64,000 nucleotides of DNA, from contig CBDIID010000003.1 in the NCBI GenBank assembly GCA_965279515.1, forward strand, positions 3,744,001 through 3,808,000. Direction: 5' to 3'. Source of the DNA: Turneriella sp. Its GTDB lineage: Bacteria; Spirochaetota; Leptospiria; Turneriellales; Turneriellaceae. Under the pieces are notes generated by a model. The model worked only from the letters and a program-made list of their open reading frames with translations, did no database searches and was not told the origin of the DNA. The position numbers and the translations under genes are program-made. Shown piece by piece: positions 32,225 through 42,585 of this stretch (position 1 is the stretch's first letter; each line of letters begins with the position of its first letter).

Positions 32225-32830
32225 ATGCTGATAGAAATTTTTGCTTCCGCAGTCACATGTATTTTGGGAATTGATTGTGATCTGAGTGCAACTTTAAAAA
32301 GTAAAATAGAGGCGATTCCGAATGTAAAAAGCACTGAGGTGGTGCAAGATTATTCTCTAACTGAACGGTATCATGCGAGGATTACTCTTCGATCTGGAGA
32401 TACTTTTGACCTGATTTACATTGGAAATGAGCATCTTTTAGAAACAGAATACTTCTGGATTAGGCAAATTAATGGCTATCAATATGATTATGTCTACTGC
32501 GAAAAGTCAACAAGTCCCAATCAAGCCGGCAAAATTCGCCACGGTCACTTTTCCTTAGGCTCACGGGGCAGTTTTCAGCATAAATTTCCCTTCTTAATTC
32601 GCAATATCAAAGATCTAGTGCAAAATTTCGAGGCCATCAAGATTGAGTACTTCCGGACATCGGTTGAGCCTAAATTTCTTTACGACAAACTGTCTGATGG
32701 GAATGAAATCTATGCTATGTTGCTCAAAGTCAGAGATAAGAATCCTTTGGGCCCTTATATCTTTCTATTAGGCGAGCCTTATAAAAATGCCTGGAAGTTT
32801 AAGAATGGTGCATGCCGATATGAACATTAA
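32225..32830 (+). CDS. Hypothetical protein
   Basis: 201 aa ORF in shell cassette. Confidence 0.65.
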   Translation: MLIEIFASAVTCILGIDCDLSATLKSKIEAIPNVKSTEVVQDYSLTERYHARITLRSGDTFDLIYIGNEHLLETEYFWIRQINGYQYDYVYCEKSTSPNQAGKIRHGHFSLGSRGSFQHKFPFLIRNIKDLVQNFEAIKIEYFRTSVEPKFLYDKLSDGNEIYAMLLKVRDKNPLGPYIFLLGEPYKNAWKFKNGACRYEH

Positions 32831-32944
32831 GGTCGAAGCCAAGGGGTTAATTGGTCTAGCCACTACGGTCTGAGTTTTATTGCTTATGAAGTGAGCAGCG
32901 CCGACAGGAGGTCGGCGGAAAAGGGAAGCGCAACTATTTCAGAC

Positions 32945-33152
32945 AACGTGGAATTTACCTGACGATTGGTGACACTTGTGTCATTAATTTAATCAGGAAA
33001 GCCGAATTGTGTCACCAATTGTGCCCGAAGCGCCTCGCGGCAAAGCACAAAACAAGCGTCCCGCTTGTGCTTTGTCCGCGATCTTCTGGCGCGTAGGGCC
33101 GAGCACGCGAGGAGCTACGGCACCGCAGCGAGCGCAGCAGGTAAATTTTGTT
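32945..33152 (-). repeat. attC-like site 30
   Basis: Family consensus ends. Confidence 0.9.
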
Positions 33153-33162
33153 GTCAGCCGTT

Positions 33163-33798
33163 TCATTGTTTAGAGTGCATAACTATATAGGGTTTCAGGA
33201 AAGTCTCAAATTCAGTAATTATTTCCTCTAACCGGTGCTTGTATGGATCCTCGTTGGAAATCGGCGATACTATCCGCCAGTTCTTTTCTTCTTCCTCAAT
33301 TTCTTCGGCTGATCGATTAATACGACTTGCCTTGCTTTGTAGACTTCGTAAATGCTCGTTGATAGCGAAACTTAAGTTGGAAATATGTTGATTATACTTT
33401 ACTGTAACATCTTTGAAGGTTTTACCCCAAATGACCTCGGCTTCATAAAAATTTGATTGCAGTTCGGTAGAAACCTTTGAGTACTTTGTCCATCGGGCCT
33501 CATATACATAACCAATATGATTATCAGATTTCCAGAAATCTTTGAGATCTTGTTCCGCATTTTTGCTAAGTTTCTCAATGGCTTCAACGCTTTCTCTGGC
33601 CCAAATAAAGGGTGATCGGACCTGAGCAATAACGTCACGGGATCTATATAATGCTTTTAAGATGCGCTTAGCCAATTCGTATTCATAGTTTCCTTTCAGC
33701 TGGCGCCGCCAGGTAGAGAGACCTTTTATCGCAACTATTGAGCCAATCACTGCAAATATGATTGTTAGTGTGTCTTTCGCAATTGTAAAATATTCCAT
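33163..33798 (-). CDS. Hypothetical protein with N-terminal membrane anchor
   Basis: TM helix then GLSTWRRQLKG..EYELA. Confidence 0.72.
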   Translation of the reverse strand: MEYFTIAKDTLTIIFAVIGSIVAIKGLSTWRRQLKGNYEYELAKRILKALYRSRDVIAQVRSPFIWARESVEAIEKLSKNAEQDLKDFWKSDNHIGYVYEARWTKYSKVSTELQSNFYEAEVIWGKTFKDVTVKYNQHISNLSFAINEHLRSLQSKASRINRSAEEIEEEEKNWRIVSPISNEDPYKHRLEEIITEFETFLKPYIVMHSKQ

Positions 33799-33830
33799 AT
33801 AACTAGTCCTTAAGCAATGAAATGGCTGAC

Positions 33831-34037
33831 AACGTGGAATTTACCTGAGGTTGAGTGACGCATCGTTCAACTTTGTATTTTGTAAAGCCATATTGCGTCA
33901 CTCAATCTGCCCGGAGCGCCTCGCGGCAAAGCACAAAACAAGCGTCCCGCTTGTGCTTTGTCCGCGATCTTCTGGCGCGTAGGGCCGAGCACGCGAGGAG
34001 CCACGGCACCGCAGCGGCGCAGCAGGTAAATTTTGTT
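33831..34037 (-). repeat. attC-like site 31
   Basis: Family consensus ends. Confidence 0.9.
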
Positions 34038-34056
34038 GTGTGCAGTGATCGCTCGG

Positions 34057-35016
34057 TTAAGGGTATTTGCGCCAACCCAAGACTTTAATTAGGTGAGAGT
34101 AGACTTTTTTGACACCCAACTCTATTTTTTTAACATCTGCATCAACATTATTAATCAAATAACCACTTTCGAGGCTAGCTCGATGGATTATCTGGTGTCG
34201 ATGTTGAAATAGCTCTTCCAGGTGCTTATAGAGTGATTTAGTAGATTTTTTGTATCTGGTCTTAAGCACTTTCGCTAAGTCAAATCTCATATCAATGTCC
34301 TTAAAGGATTCAGATATTGATCTCATATTTTGAAATGATATACTCTGCGCCAAGGCTTCAACAGCAGTTGTTCGCCCCATGGCCAGATCATAATTGTGCG
34401 CCTTATGAATTTGTTGCTTCCGGAAGAAGGATTCATTGCCTCGATATCGAATGAGGGCAATAAATGTATCACGAAAATACTTTTCTGTAATTGAAATTAG
34501 GTACGGCAGTGCCATCGCCGCTGGAACGGCTAATGGATGATGTCGGCCCATTATTTCGATCGAAAACTTATTCGAGGGAATACCAGGGGAAACTTTGGAC
34601 CTAAAATTGCGCAAATAGGATCTCATTGCCCCGACTGATTGATGAAAACTTTCAAAGGCTAAAAAGCAACCAGCTTCGTCTTTTTCCCGATTTTCACCAT
34701 TTAATGAAAAATATCGCCCGCGCCCTCTGTCTGTTGAAAATGTACCGCCAAATCTCTCTTTAACCAAGCGGATAATACGATTCTGCATTTTCAAGTCCCA
34801 TTCTGAGCAGAATATCGTGGTCCTTGTACAAATCTTTGTATTGTCTCGCTCTTTATTCAATATATAGATGCCAACGCCTTGATAATACCTGTAATCTTCA
34901 TCTTTATAAAAATAGTAGTACCCAGGCTCACTTTTAGTGGCGCCAATAGTTGTTAGAAATTCTTCAATTTTCTTTTGAGGAGTCTTAGGGATAGTGTTTT
35001 CAGAATCGTGTCCCAT
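34057..35016 (-). CDS. HEPN-domain protein (putative RNase)
   Basis: E.YFRD, SFQN, C-terminal RHQIIH (RxxxxH). Confidence 0.72.
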   Translation of the reverse strand: MGHDSENTIPKTPQKKIEEFLTTIGATKSEPGYYYFYKDEDYRYYQGVGIYILNKERDNTKICTRTTIFCSEWDLKMQNRIIRLVKERFGGTFSTDRGRGRYFSLNGENREKDEAGCFLAFESFHQSVGAMRSYLRNFRSKVSPGIPSNKFSIEIMGRHHPLAVPAAMALPYLISITEKYFRDTFIALIRYRGNESFFRKQQIHKAHNYDLAMGRTTAVEALAQSISFQNMRSISESFKDIDMRFDLAKVLKTRYKKSTKSLYKHLEELFQHRHQIIHRASLESGYLINNVDADVKKIELGVKKVYSHLIKVLGWRKYP

Positions 35017-35051
35017 ATTTAGACTAAGTATTTCTCGCGATCATTGCACAC

Positions 35052-35259
35052 AACGTGGAATTTACCTGAGGTTGAGTGACGCTTTGTTCAACTTTGAAAA
35101 TTGTAAAGCCATATTGCGTCACTCAATCTGCCCGGAGCGCCTCGCGGCAAAGCACAAAACAAGCGTCCCGCTTGTGCTTTGTCCGCGATCTTCTGGCGCG
35201 TAGGGCCGAGCACGCGAGGAGCTACGGCACCGCAGCGAGCGCAGCAGGTAAATTTTGTT
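35052..35259 (-). repeat. attC-like site 32
   Basis: Family consensus ends. Confidence 0.9.
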
Positions 35260-35270
35260 GTCTGCCGTTT

Positions 35271-36413
35271 TCATGTTCGATCGCCACGACTTCTAAGATT
35301 GTAAATGTTATTTTGGATGTTTGCCGCTATTAAGGGAATTAGGAATGTGCTTGGAGCCAGTAAAAGATACAGCACATAAATACCTGAGCCAATTGATTCC
35401 AGTATGGCTTTCTTATGCTCCACTAGCGAAACTAAGCCAAACTGCAAAGCAAAGATCAAGCAAAATGCGAGGGCGCTCGATCCGAAGTTTACGCTGAATA
35501 TGATAGCCGATTTCTTGATACCTCTCAATATGTTCGAGTTATCTTCTATGATCGCAAATGGAACATACCAACAAAAAATGCTCACAACAGTCGCGACAAC
35601 TTGACTTACGGTGGCGACAGGGAGCCACACATCATTCAGCACATCTGTGAAGTTACCGGCATTCATATACGTGCCATACTTGGAAAAAAAGAAAACTAGA
35701 TCTCTAATGGAAATCAGGAGCCCGAGTACGATGTTAAATGAGAATACTCGGGCAAATGGTGATAAATTCTCCGATGAATACAGGGAAGTATCCTTCTTCA
35801 AGAGTAAATTAATAAAATAGATTTGACCTAGAGAAATCACAGCCGTGCCGATCACCTTTAGGTTCAGAAAGAAGAACACCGTTGAGAATGGTGTTAAGCC
35901 TGAAATCGTTGTCCCGTTCCGAAAAATATGTACAATCACGCCGAGAAAAAAGAGGAATAACGGAATTAGGAGAATGAGGCGAAAATTTCGGACAGCATTT
36001 TTTGTAGGCGTCGTTGCTTTTACCTTGAAGACAATTAGTAGTAACCAGGTTGTTACTAGCACGAATAGTGTTTCAATCTGATGAAAACCATTTCCCACAT
36101 TGGCTAGGGTGTTATAGGCTATCTCACCCCATTTGCCAGCCTTGGCAACTTTTGCTTCGGTATCAAGCAGTTCCGTTGAACGAGTAAAAATCCAAAGACC
36201 GTACAAATGCAAGATAATGGTTAGAAGCAAACCGGGTAATGCATAAATGAGAATTCGCCATATTGCATCAATGTCCAAGCGAAGCCATTTTAATTGGCTT
36301 TCGTCCTTAGCTTGTTCAATGTTTGCAGCTTTTTTTTGCCGCAACTTCATTACAATTCCCGTGATGATAATTCCCGCAGCACCGAACCAGAGTATGATGT
36401 CTTCTTTATTCAT
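35271..36413 (-). CDS. Multi-pass membrane protein
   Basis: 380 aa with many hydrophobic segments. Confidence 0.72.
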   Translation of the reverse strand: MNKEDIILWFGAAGIIITGIVMKLRQKKAANIEQAKDESQLKWLRLDIDAIWRILIYALPGLLLTIILHLYGLWIFTRSTELLDTEAKVAKAGKWGEIAYNTLANVGNGFHQIETLFVLVTTWLLLIVFKVKATTPTKNAVRNFRLILLIPLFLFFLGVIVHIFRNGTTISGLTPFSTVFFFLNLKVIGTAVISLGQIYFINLLLKKDTSLYSSENLSPFARVFSFNIVLGLLISIRDLVFFFSKYGTYMNAGNFTDVLNDVWLPVATVSQVVATVVSIFCWYVPFAIIEDNSNILRGIKKSAIIFSVNFGSSALAFCLIFALQFGLVSLVEHKKAILESIGSGIYVLYLLLAPSTFLIPLIAANIQNNIYNLRSRGDRT

Positions 36414-36469
36414 AGGTGTTTTCTTTCTCCAGTAAATTCAATAAAACGTATATCATGAAAATGGCAGAC

Positions 36470-36676
36470 AACGTGGATTTTACGCTGACGTTTTTTGACG
36501 CTTGTGTCATTTAATCAATTTGTAAAGCCGATTTGCGTCAAAAAATGTGGTCGTAGCGGCTCGCGGCGACGCGCGAAAACACACCTCCCGGTGTGCGCGT
36601 CGTCCGCGATCTTTGCCGCGGAGACCCGAGCACGCGACCCAACGAAGTGGTCGCGGCGCAGCGCGTAAAATTTGTT
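36470..36676 (-). repeat. attC-like site 33
   Basis: Matches site 18. Confidence 0.9.
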
Positions 36677-36786
36677 CTCTGACGTAGTTGTGCCTGTGAG
36701 CCCGGGCATGGATGGCCGGGCGAATATGTATCAGACTCCTATAAATTCTTGACAGGCTCAAACAATTCATCAGTCTCTTGTCCGAT

Positions 36787-37047
36787 ATGAATGCAGAAAC
36801 GATTCCGGCACATGCATATATTTCAAGTTCCCCAGAGATTTGTGGGGGAGAGCCAGTAATTTCTGGGACACGAATGACAGTAAGAGCAGTGGTTCAGTAT
36901 GTTTTGATTCAAGGTCTTACCCCCGAGGAGCTAGAACGGGAGTTTAAACAACTAAGTCTTTCACAAATTTATGATGCTCTGTCTTATTACTATGACCACA
37001 AAAGCATAATCGACAAGTTTATAGCCGAGAACTCGGCCAAGAATTGA
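36787..37047 (+). CDS. DUF433 family antitoxin (duplicate)
   Basis: Identical protein to 17120-17380. Confidence 0.9.
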   Translation: MNAETIPAHAYISSSPEICGGEPVISGTRMTVRAVVQYVLIQGLTPEELEREFKQLSLSQIYDALSYYYDHKSIIDKFIAENSAKN

Positions 37048-37385
37048 CCCCAATTAAGCTATATCTAGATGAAGACGTAAGACCTCTTCTGGCAGAAATT
37101 CTTACTGAGCGCGGTTTTGAAGCCACCCACACGCTGTTTCATGGGAATTCTGGGAAAACGGATTTGCAACAGCTGGAATTCGCTGCTCAAAATCAGCTTA
37201 CTCTACTTACGCACAATATTCGCGACTTTGCCAATCTACATACTGTCTTTCTTAACGGAGACAAAAAACACTTCGGAATTATTTGCGCACCGCAATTGAA
37301 ATTGCCATTACTAGTCTCGCGCACGTTAGTCTTGCTTTCATCAGTCAATAAAGATTCTGCACGTAATAATCTCCTCTGGATTTAG
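37044..37385 (+). CDS. DUF5615 PIN-like toxin (duplicate)
   Basis: Identical protein to 17377-17718. Confidence 0.88.
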   Translation: MTPIKLYLDEDVRPLLAEILTERGFEATHTLFHGNSGKTDLQQLEFAAQNQLTLLTHNIRDFANLHTVFLNGDKKHFGIICAPQLKLPLLVSRTLVLLSSVNKDSARNNLLWI

Positions 37386-37449
37386 GGAGCATCCTGCGAG
37401 TTGCGCCGCCATGGAGGGCGGCGGAGTAAAGGGCACAACTATGTCAGAG

Positions 37450-37660
37450 AACGTGGAAAATACCCGAATTGCGCCCTCGCGGCTGTAAAGTGTAAATAAT
37501 CACGGCTTTATGTGACTTTCGCGGGAGCGCATTTGCCCGGAGCGCCTCGCGGCAAAGCACAGAACAAGCGTCCCGCTTGTGCTTTGTCCGCGATCTTTGG
37601 CGCGCAGGGCCGAGCACGCGAGCCAACGAAGTGCTCGCGGCGCAGCGGGTATTTTTTGTT
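37450..37660 (-). repeat. attC-like site 34
   Basis: Family consensus ends. Confidence 0.9.
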
Positions 37661-37851
37661 AGCCGCCGTTACCGGATTCGCGCGGCTGGCGAGCAACCCG
37701 AAGGTCAGCGAGATACTGTATTTCGATCTTATTAGTAACCGAGGAGTTGTCGCCAGGATCAAAGGCGTAAGCAGCGAAATCTGGCTGTGCTCTCTGATAA
37801 CAAATCCTCTTTTTCGCCCCTTCGGGCGCGAAGGAGGTAATGGTGGCTAAC
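37658..37851. repeat. ORF-less cassette copy 6
   Basis: Near-identical to 2366-2559. Confidence 0.85.
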
Positions 37852-38063
37852 GTGGAATTTACACGAGGTCGATGGTGCGCCGCACAATAAGAGCAGGCTT
37901 ATTTGGGAAGCCGCGTATTAAGCACCATCGATCTGCCGTAGACCGCTCGTTGCGCCTGACCAAACAAACGTCCCGTTTGTCAGGCGTCAACGATCTTTGC
38001 GGTCGGAGGCCGAGCACGCGAGGAGCCACGGCACCGCAGCGAGCGCAGCGTGTAAATTTTGTT
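37849..38063 (-). repeat. attC-like site 35
   Basis: Family consensus ends. Confidence 0.9.
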
Positions 38064-38081
38064 GGGCGCCGTTTTGTGGCC

Positions 38082-38399
38082 TCAACCACGATATTGCTTC
38101 TTGTCTACTTGTGTCGGCAAATTCCGAATTTTGGCCCAATATTCTTCTCGAGCATCTTCATCAATCTGTACAACCGCGCCGTAAAGTGTATCAGAGCCAT
38201 TCTTTTTTGGACCAGAAATCCAATAGTGGTCCCCAGTCTCTGCCTCAATACAGTTATACTTGTAGCCTGAACCTATTTTCTGAAAGGTTTTGCCGTCATA
38301 GTGGTATGAGCGCTTAGACTTTGATAGGGTTACCCAGCCAATGCGGCCTGGCCCAGCTAGGCCTTGGCTTTTGTCTTCTATATACATGATCCGTTTCAT
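38082..38399 (-). CDS. Conserved hypothetical protein
   Basis: RIMYIE.K...RIGWV..SK...YWISGPKKNG.D.LY. Confidence 0.75.
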   Translation of the reverse strand: MKRIMYIEDKSQGLAGPGRIGWVTLSKSKRSYHYDGKTFQKIGSGYKYNCIEAETGDHYWISGPKKNGSDTLYGAVVQIDEDAREEYWAKIRNLPTQVDKKQYRG

Positions 38400-38592
38400 A
38401 CTTTTAGCCTCACAGTTTGAGACAAACCGATTCTAGGCGTTTTTGACATATTTTCAATTCTTTTTCGGAATTGAAGATTCCCTATGCGCTTAATTGTGAG
38501 GGGCGCCAAAAATTGCCCAAATAGGGTAAATGAATTCAGTACCGCTCTTTTACCGTATTTCGGTAAATGTGTCTTGCCACAAAATGGCGCCC

Positions 38593-38801
38593 AACGTGGA
38601 TTTTACGCTGACGTTTTTTGACGCCAGTGTCAATTATTCAATTTGTAAAGCCGATTTGCGTCAAAAAATGTGGTCGCAGCGGCTCGCGGCGACGCGCGAA
38701 AACACACCTCCCGGTGTGCGCGTCGTCCGCGATCTTAGCCGCGGAGACCCGAGCACGCGAGGAGCTACGGCACCGCAGCGGCGCAGCGCGTAAAATTTGT
38801 T
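38593..38801 (-). repeat. attC-like site 36
   Basis: Family consensus ends. Confidence 0.9.
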
Positions 38802-38961
38802 GTCTGAAGTAATTGCGCCTGTGAGCCCGGCTAGGAGGGCCGGGCGACGAGGGTGAAAGTCTCGTAACTCGCCTTTTAGTTTCTCTGCATTTCGGGCTTT
38901 ACACCCGAGAGTTCTGCGACATGCCACCTTTGGTGGATCAAAATTCCTTCTATGCTCAATT

Positions 38962-39849
38962 ATGGCCCTACACAGATCAACAGACGCAGAACTTAGGGAG
39001 AATTGCCGGAAGGTCATTGAGGCTCTCGAATTCTGGCTAAGGCGAGTAATTGATATTACGCTAGCCCCCGTATTTGGTGCAGACTACGTAAATGCAAGCC
39101 ATATTAATGGAAATCAGCATATAATTAAGAAATCTGTACGGGATGGTATTAAGGGTCGAGCTGAGGCGAGCCCAAAGCGCTACCCAAGAATGATTGATGC
39201 GGTTCTTCTTGATGAAGAAATCGATATCATCTGTCATCCTGAGTTATATATTAAGTTTTTCAAAGAATATTTTGAGCAATCCTATCCCTTTGGAAATGAT
39301 CATCTTAGGCATTATCTGCGCAAGATTCTGGAGCCCAGAAATAATCTTGCTCATGCTAATCCGATAAGTGTTCGGCAAGCAGAACAAATAATGTGCTATT
39401 CGAATGATGTCATTGACGCCATAAAGAATCGGCTAAAAGAAAAGAATCTGGATAAAGAATACAACGCTCCCACGATAATCAAGATTTCAGATTCGAGGGG
39501 TATTGTGTTTCATGATTCTTAGATTAGAAGGAATAACACCGGTCGCGGAGGCATTGATCTAACGGGGGATCAGGCCGCCTCGCTAAGGTCTGGGGACACA
39601 ATAAGTATAGAAGTAGAAATTGATCCTAGCTTTCCTTCTGAAGAGTACGCGGTCGACTGGGTATTTCCGGAAAACGTAAATGCGGAAAAGTATAATTCTA
39701 ATAACAGAGTGGTTTTGCACCTAACTGATAAAAATGTCCGAGTAGATTTCACCGTGTATTGTAAGGTAATTTCAACTAAAGGTTGGCACAGGTGCGGTGA
39801 CGTTGATGATTGCGTGGGCATTACGTACAAGGTTTTGCCGTCAATTTGA
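38962..39849 (+). pseudogene. Swt1-like HEPN protein interrupted by one in-frame TAG (39520-39522)
   Basis: IEALEFWLRR...PRNNLAHAN; the frame stays open for 108 more codons to TGA at 39849. Confidence 0.75.
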
Positions 39850-39926
39850 AGGATTACCGCAAATGGAATATTAGTGTAAGCGCCGACACGAGGTCGGCGG
39901 ATAACAAAGGCGCAATTATTTCAGAC

Positions 39927-40141
39927 AACGCGGAATTTACACGAGGTCGATGGTGCGTCGCACAATAAAAGCAGGCTTATTTGGAAAGCCGCATATTAAG
40001 CACCATCGATCTGCCGTAGACCGCTCGTTGCGCCTGACCAAACAAACGTCCCGTTTGTCAGGCGTCAACGATCTTTGCGGTCGGAGGCCGAGCACGCGAG
40101 GAGCTACGGCACCGCAGCGAGCGCAGCGTGTAAATTTTGTT
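39927..40141 (-). repeat. attC-like site 37
   Basis: Family consensus ends. Confidence 0.9.
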
Positions 40142-40207
40142 GTCTGACGTAGTTGCCGTTGTGAGCCCAGCCAAGGAGGGCTGGGCGAATTTCCGAATAA
40201 TGTCTCT

Positions 40208-40795
40208 TCAGGGGCTGCTGTCCAGTCTCTTCTTTATGGAGTTTATCAACCCAAAATTGAGCGAATGCTGAAAAGTTAGATTTGGGTCCGGCGAAAAGGC
40301 AAGTAATTTGTCAATATGAAGCTTTCGCAAGTTCGGTGACCCTTTTAGTATCAATTCAAGCAGTTGAGGAAAATCTGAGATTGCGACAGAGATTTCGATT
40401 GATGATTTTCTCGGTTCGTCAAATTCCAGAACAATTTGATATTTGCTCAGGAAAGCCTGCTTTATTTCCTTCAAGCCCGTGAGTCTTATGGTTTTGCTTT
40501 GCGCCAGCAGGTTTATGCAGATCAAATTCTTGCCATCAATAAAAACGTGGATGGCTGTGAATATTGAAACTTTGGCGAAATGGTACAAGCCAAAGAATCC
40601 GAACGCGATAAAACACATAACTAGTAGAGTCATCAACGAGAAATGCCGTAACAAATCGACTAAGAAGAAACCACCGATTACTACCCAGATAAGAAATAGC
40701 GCTGTTATTATCCCAAGAATAATAAATCTATTTCCATAATAGATCTGGAAATGCGGTAGATGTTCATAGGGCGCAATTGTTTTCTGCATACTCAT
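40208..40795 (-). CDS. Hypothetical membrane protein
   Basis: Two N-terminal TM segments. Confidence 0.65.
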   Translation of the reverse strand: MSMQKTIAPYEHLPHFQIYYGNRFIILGIITALFLIWVVIGGFFLVDLLRHFSLMTLLVMCFIAFGFFGLYHFAKVSIFTAIHVFIDGKNLICINLLAQSKTIRLTGLKEIKQAFLSKYQIVLEFDEPRKSSIEISVAISDFPQLLELILKGSPNLRKLHIDKLLAFSPDPNLTFQHSLNFGLINSIKKRLDSSP

Positions 40796-40897
40796 AGGCG
40801 TAATATTCGATGCACATTAAGATAGCCCTTTCCCCGCGTCCAGCCAAGCCGCACCGCCAAGGATGGCGGTGAGAAAAAAAACGCAACTATGTCAGAC

Positions 40898-41085
40898 AAC
40901 GTGGATTTTACCCGACGAAATGGCTGGAGGCGTCTTCGCCGCAAGCCATTTTGTGCCCGGAGCAGCTCGCGGTGGCGCGCAAAAGCAAGCGTCCCGCTTG
41001 CGCGCCGTCCGCGATCTTCGCTGCGGAGTGGCTGAGCACCCGAGGAGCCACGGCACCGCAGGGAGCGCAACGGGTAAAATTTGTT
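40898..41085 (-). repeat. attC-like site 38 (short first hairpin)
   Basis: 188 bp variant. Confidence 0.85.
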
Positions 41086-41147
41086 GTCTGAAGTAATTGC
41101 GCCTGTGAGCACGGGCATGGAGGCCCGGGCGACGACGGACAAGTTCT

Positions 41148-41249
41148 CATAATCAATACTCCGACAGTTTAGCCCAATCTGAAACAGGCTTTACACCTGA
41201 GAGACCATGGGTGCCATAGATCCCAATGGGGAGCAATTTCTTATATATT
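41148..41249 (+). repeat. Inner capture repeat, B part
   Basis: cataatcaatactccgac...caggctttacacctgagag...ggagcaatttcttatatatt. Confidence 0.8.
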
Positions 41250-41539
41250 CAAAGATACTCAATACTCTCGAAAAACAGGGTTTGTTGCGGCGCGAACGCT
41301 CTTCCGAGGACAAGCGGGGCTTTTTTGCGACAACTACCGATTTAGGGAGCGTCGAAGTGCGCAAGGCTTGGATCATCTACAAAAAGGGCATTCACGTATA
41401 TTTTGAGAAAGCTTTGACGACGCAAGAAGTGCAGCAGCTGCTGGTTAACTTGCCTAAGCTCAGGAAAATATTTCAATATAAAGATTCCGCGCCCGTTACG
41501 CATAGGCATTATTGTGGCTTATATTTTGCTATCTCCTAA
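41250..41539 (+). pseudogene. 5'-truncated MarR-family regulator
   Basis: SKILNTLEKQGLLRRERSSEDKRG...T..G wing motif starts right at the repeat end; N-terminal helices missing. Confidence 0.7.
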
Positions 41540-42136
41540 GCCTATATCCGACAATTTTTCTAAAACAATATCTGCCAATCCGTATTCAACCGCAGCTTTG
41601 GCATCGAGATTATAGTCTCTATCGGTGTCTTTTTCAATGCGCGACAATGACTGACCGGTAGTAGCGGCAATTATACGATTCATTTCTGCTCGAGTTTTTT
41701 TAATCTCGTCGGCAAAAATCTTAATGTCAGATGCCGGTGCCGTGACTTCGCCGCTGATCAATGGTTGATGAATTAGAATTTTGGCATGTTCGAATACGTA
41801 CCGGTGACCTTTCTCACCCACCGTCAGAAAAATAGCACCCATGGATGCGGCAATACCCATAGCAATCGTATACACAGGAGAAGAAATCAGTTTCATAACA
41901 TCATACACAGCCATGCCAGCTGTTATCACGCCGCCGGGAGAATTGATAAAAAAATAAATCGGTTTTCCGGGATCTGTCGCTTCAAGAAAAAGCAACCGCT
42001 CAATGAGACTCTCCGCAGATTTGTCTGTTACCGGGCCCCAGAGAAAAATTTGACGTTGGGTTATAAATTTCTGAGCCAAACGCTCCTGCATCGGTGGTGA
42101 CTGGAAAGGTTCCCCGGATTTTTTCTTTGATTGCAT
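41519..42136 (-). CDS. clpP: ATP-dependent Clp protease proteolytic subunit
   Basis: INSPGG, AASMGA, IHQP, DTDRD, EYGLAD. Confidence 0.93.
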   Translation of the reverse strand: MQSKKKSGEPFQSPPMQERLAQKFITQRQIFLWGPVTDKSAESLIERLLFLEATDPGKPIYFFINSPGGVITAGMAVYDVMKLISSPVYTIAMGIAASMGAIFLTVGEKGHRYVFEHAKILIHQPLISGEVTAPASDIKIFADEIKKTRAEMNRIIAATTGQSLSRIEKDTDRDYNLDAKAAVEYGLADIVLEKLSDIGLGDSKI

Positions 42137-42202
42137 GCGTTGCAGTTTACAACAAACATTTCAAATCGGCGATTATTTTTAGGGTAACGAGATGAATAAA
42201 AT

Positions 42203-42583
42203 CTACGATAACCAAACTTGCCCTGCCGTTTCGCCCTGCACAACAATCTCACCCGTATCATTGACGCACTCACAAGACATTGTCAACTTTACGCGCTTGG
42301 CAGTTTTGATCGCGCGCGTGACTATCATGCGACCTAGAATTTCTTCGCCTTCATAGACGGGCTTGATAAATTCCATAGTCATCGTGCGAGCGACATAGTT
42401 CATATCGCCGCCGAGCTTTGTGACAATGCTAGCGACCAGCAAACCTTGCGCAATGACTTTTTTATGCGGATTGGTATGGTGATCGCCATCGTCACCCGTG
42501 AGGCGGGCAAAATCTAAAATATCGTTGCGCGTAAAAATTCGCTTGTATTCATAGCTATCGCCTGCCTTCGGAATGATTTGCAT
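42203..42583 (-). CDS. MaoC-like hot-dog fold dehydratase
   Basis: FARLTGD...H...IAQGLL...FIKPVYEGE. Confidence 0.8.
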   Translation of the reverse strand: MQIIPKAGDSYEYKRIFTRNDILDFARLTGDDGDHHTNPHKKVIAQGLLVASIVTKLGGDMNYVARTMTMEFIKPVYEGEEILGRMIVTRAIKTAKRVKLTMSCECVNDTGEIVVQGETAGQVWLS

Positions 42584-42585
42584 TG

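Noticed and set aside
41207..41249. ATG at 41207 as the true start of a 110 aa protein
   Set aside because: It lies inside the inner repeat; only the downstream part resembles MarR, so it is treated as a truncated fragment.
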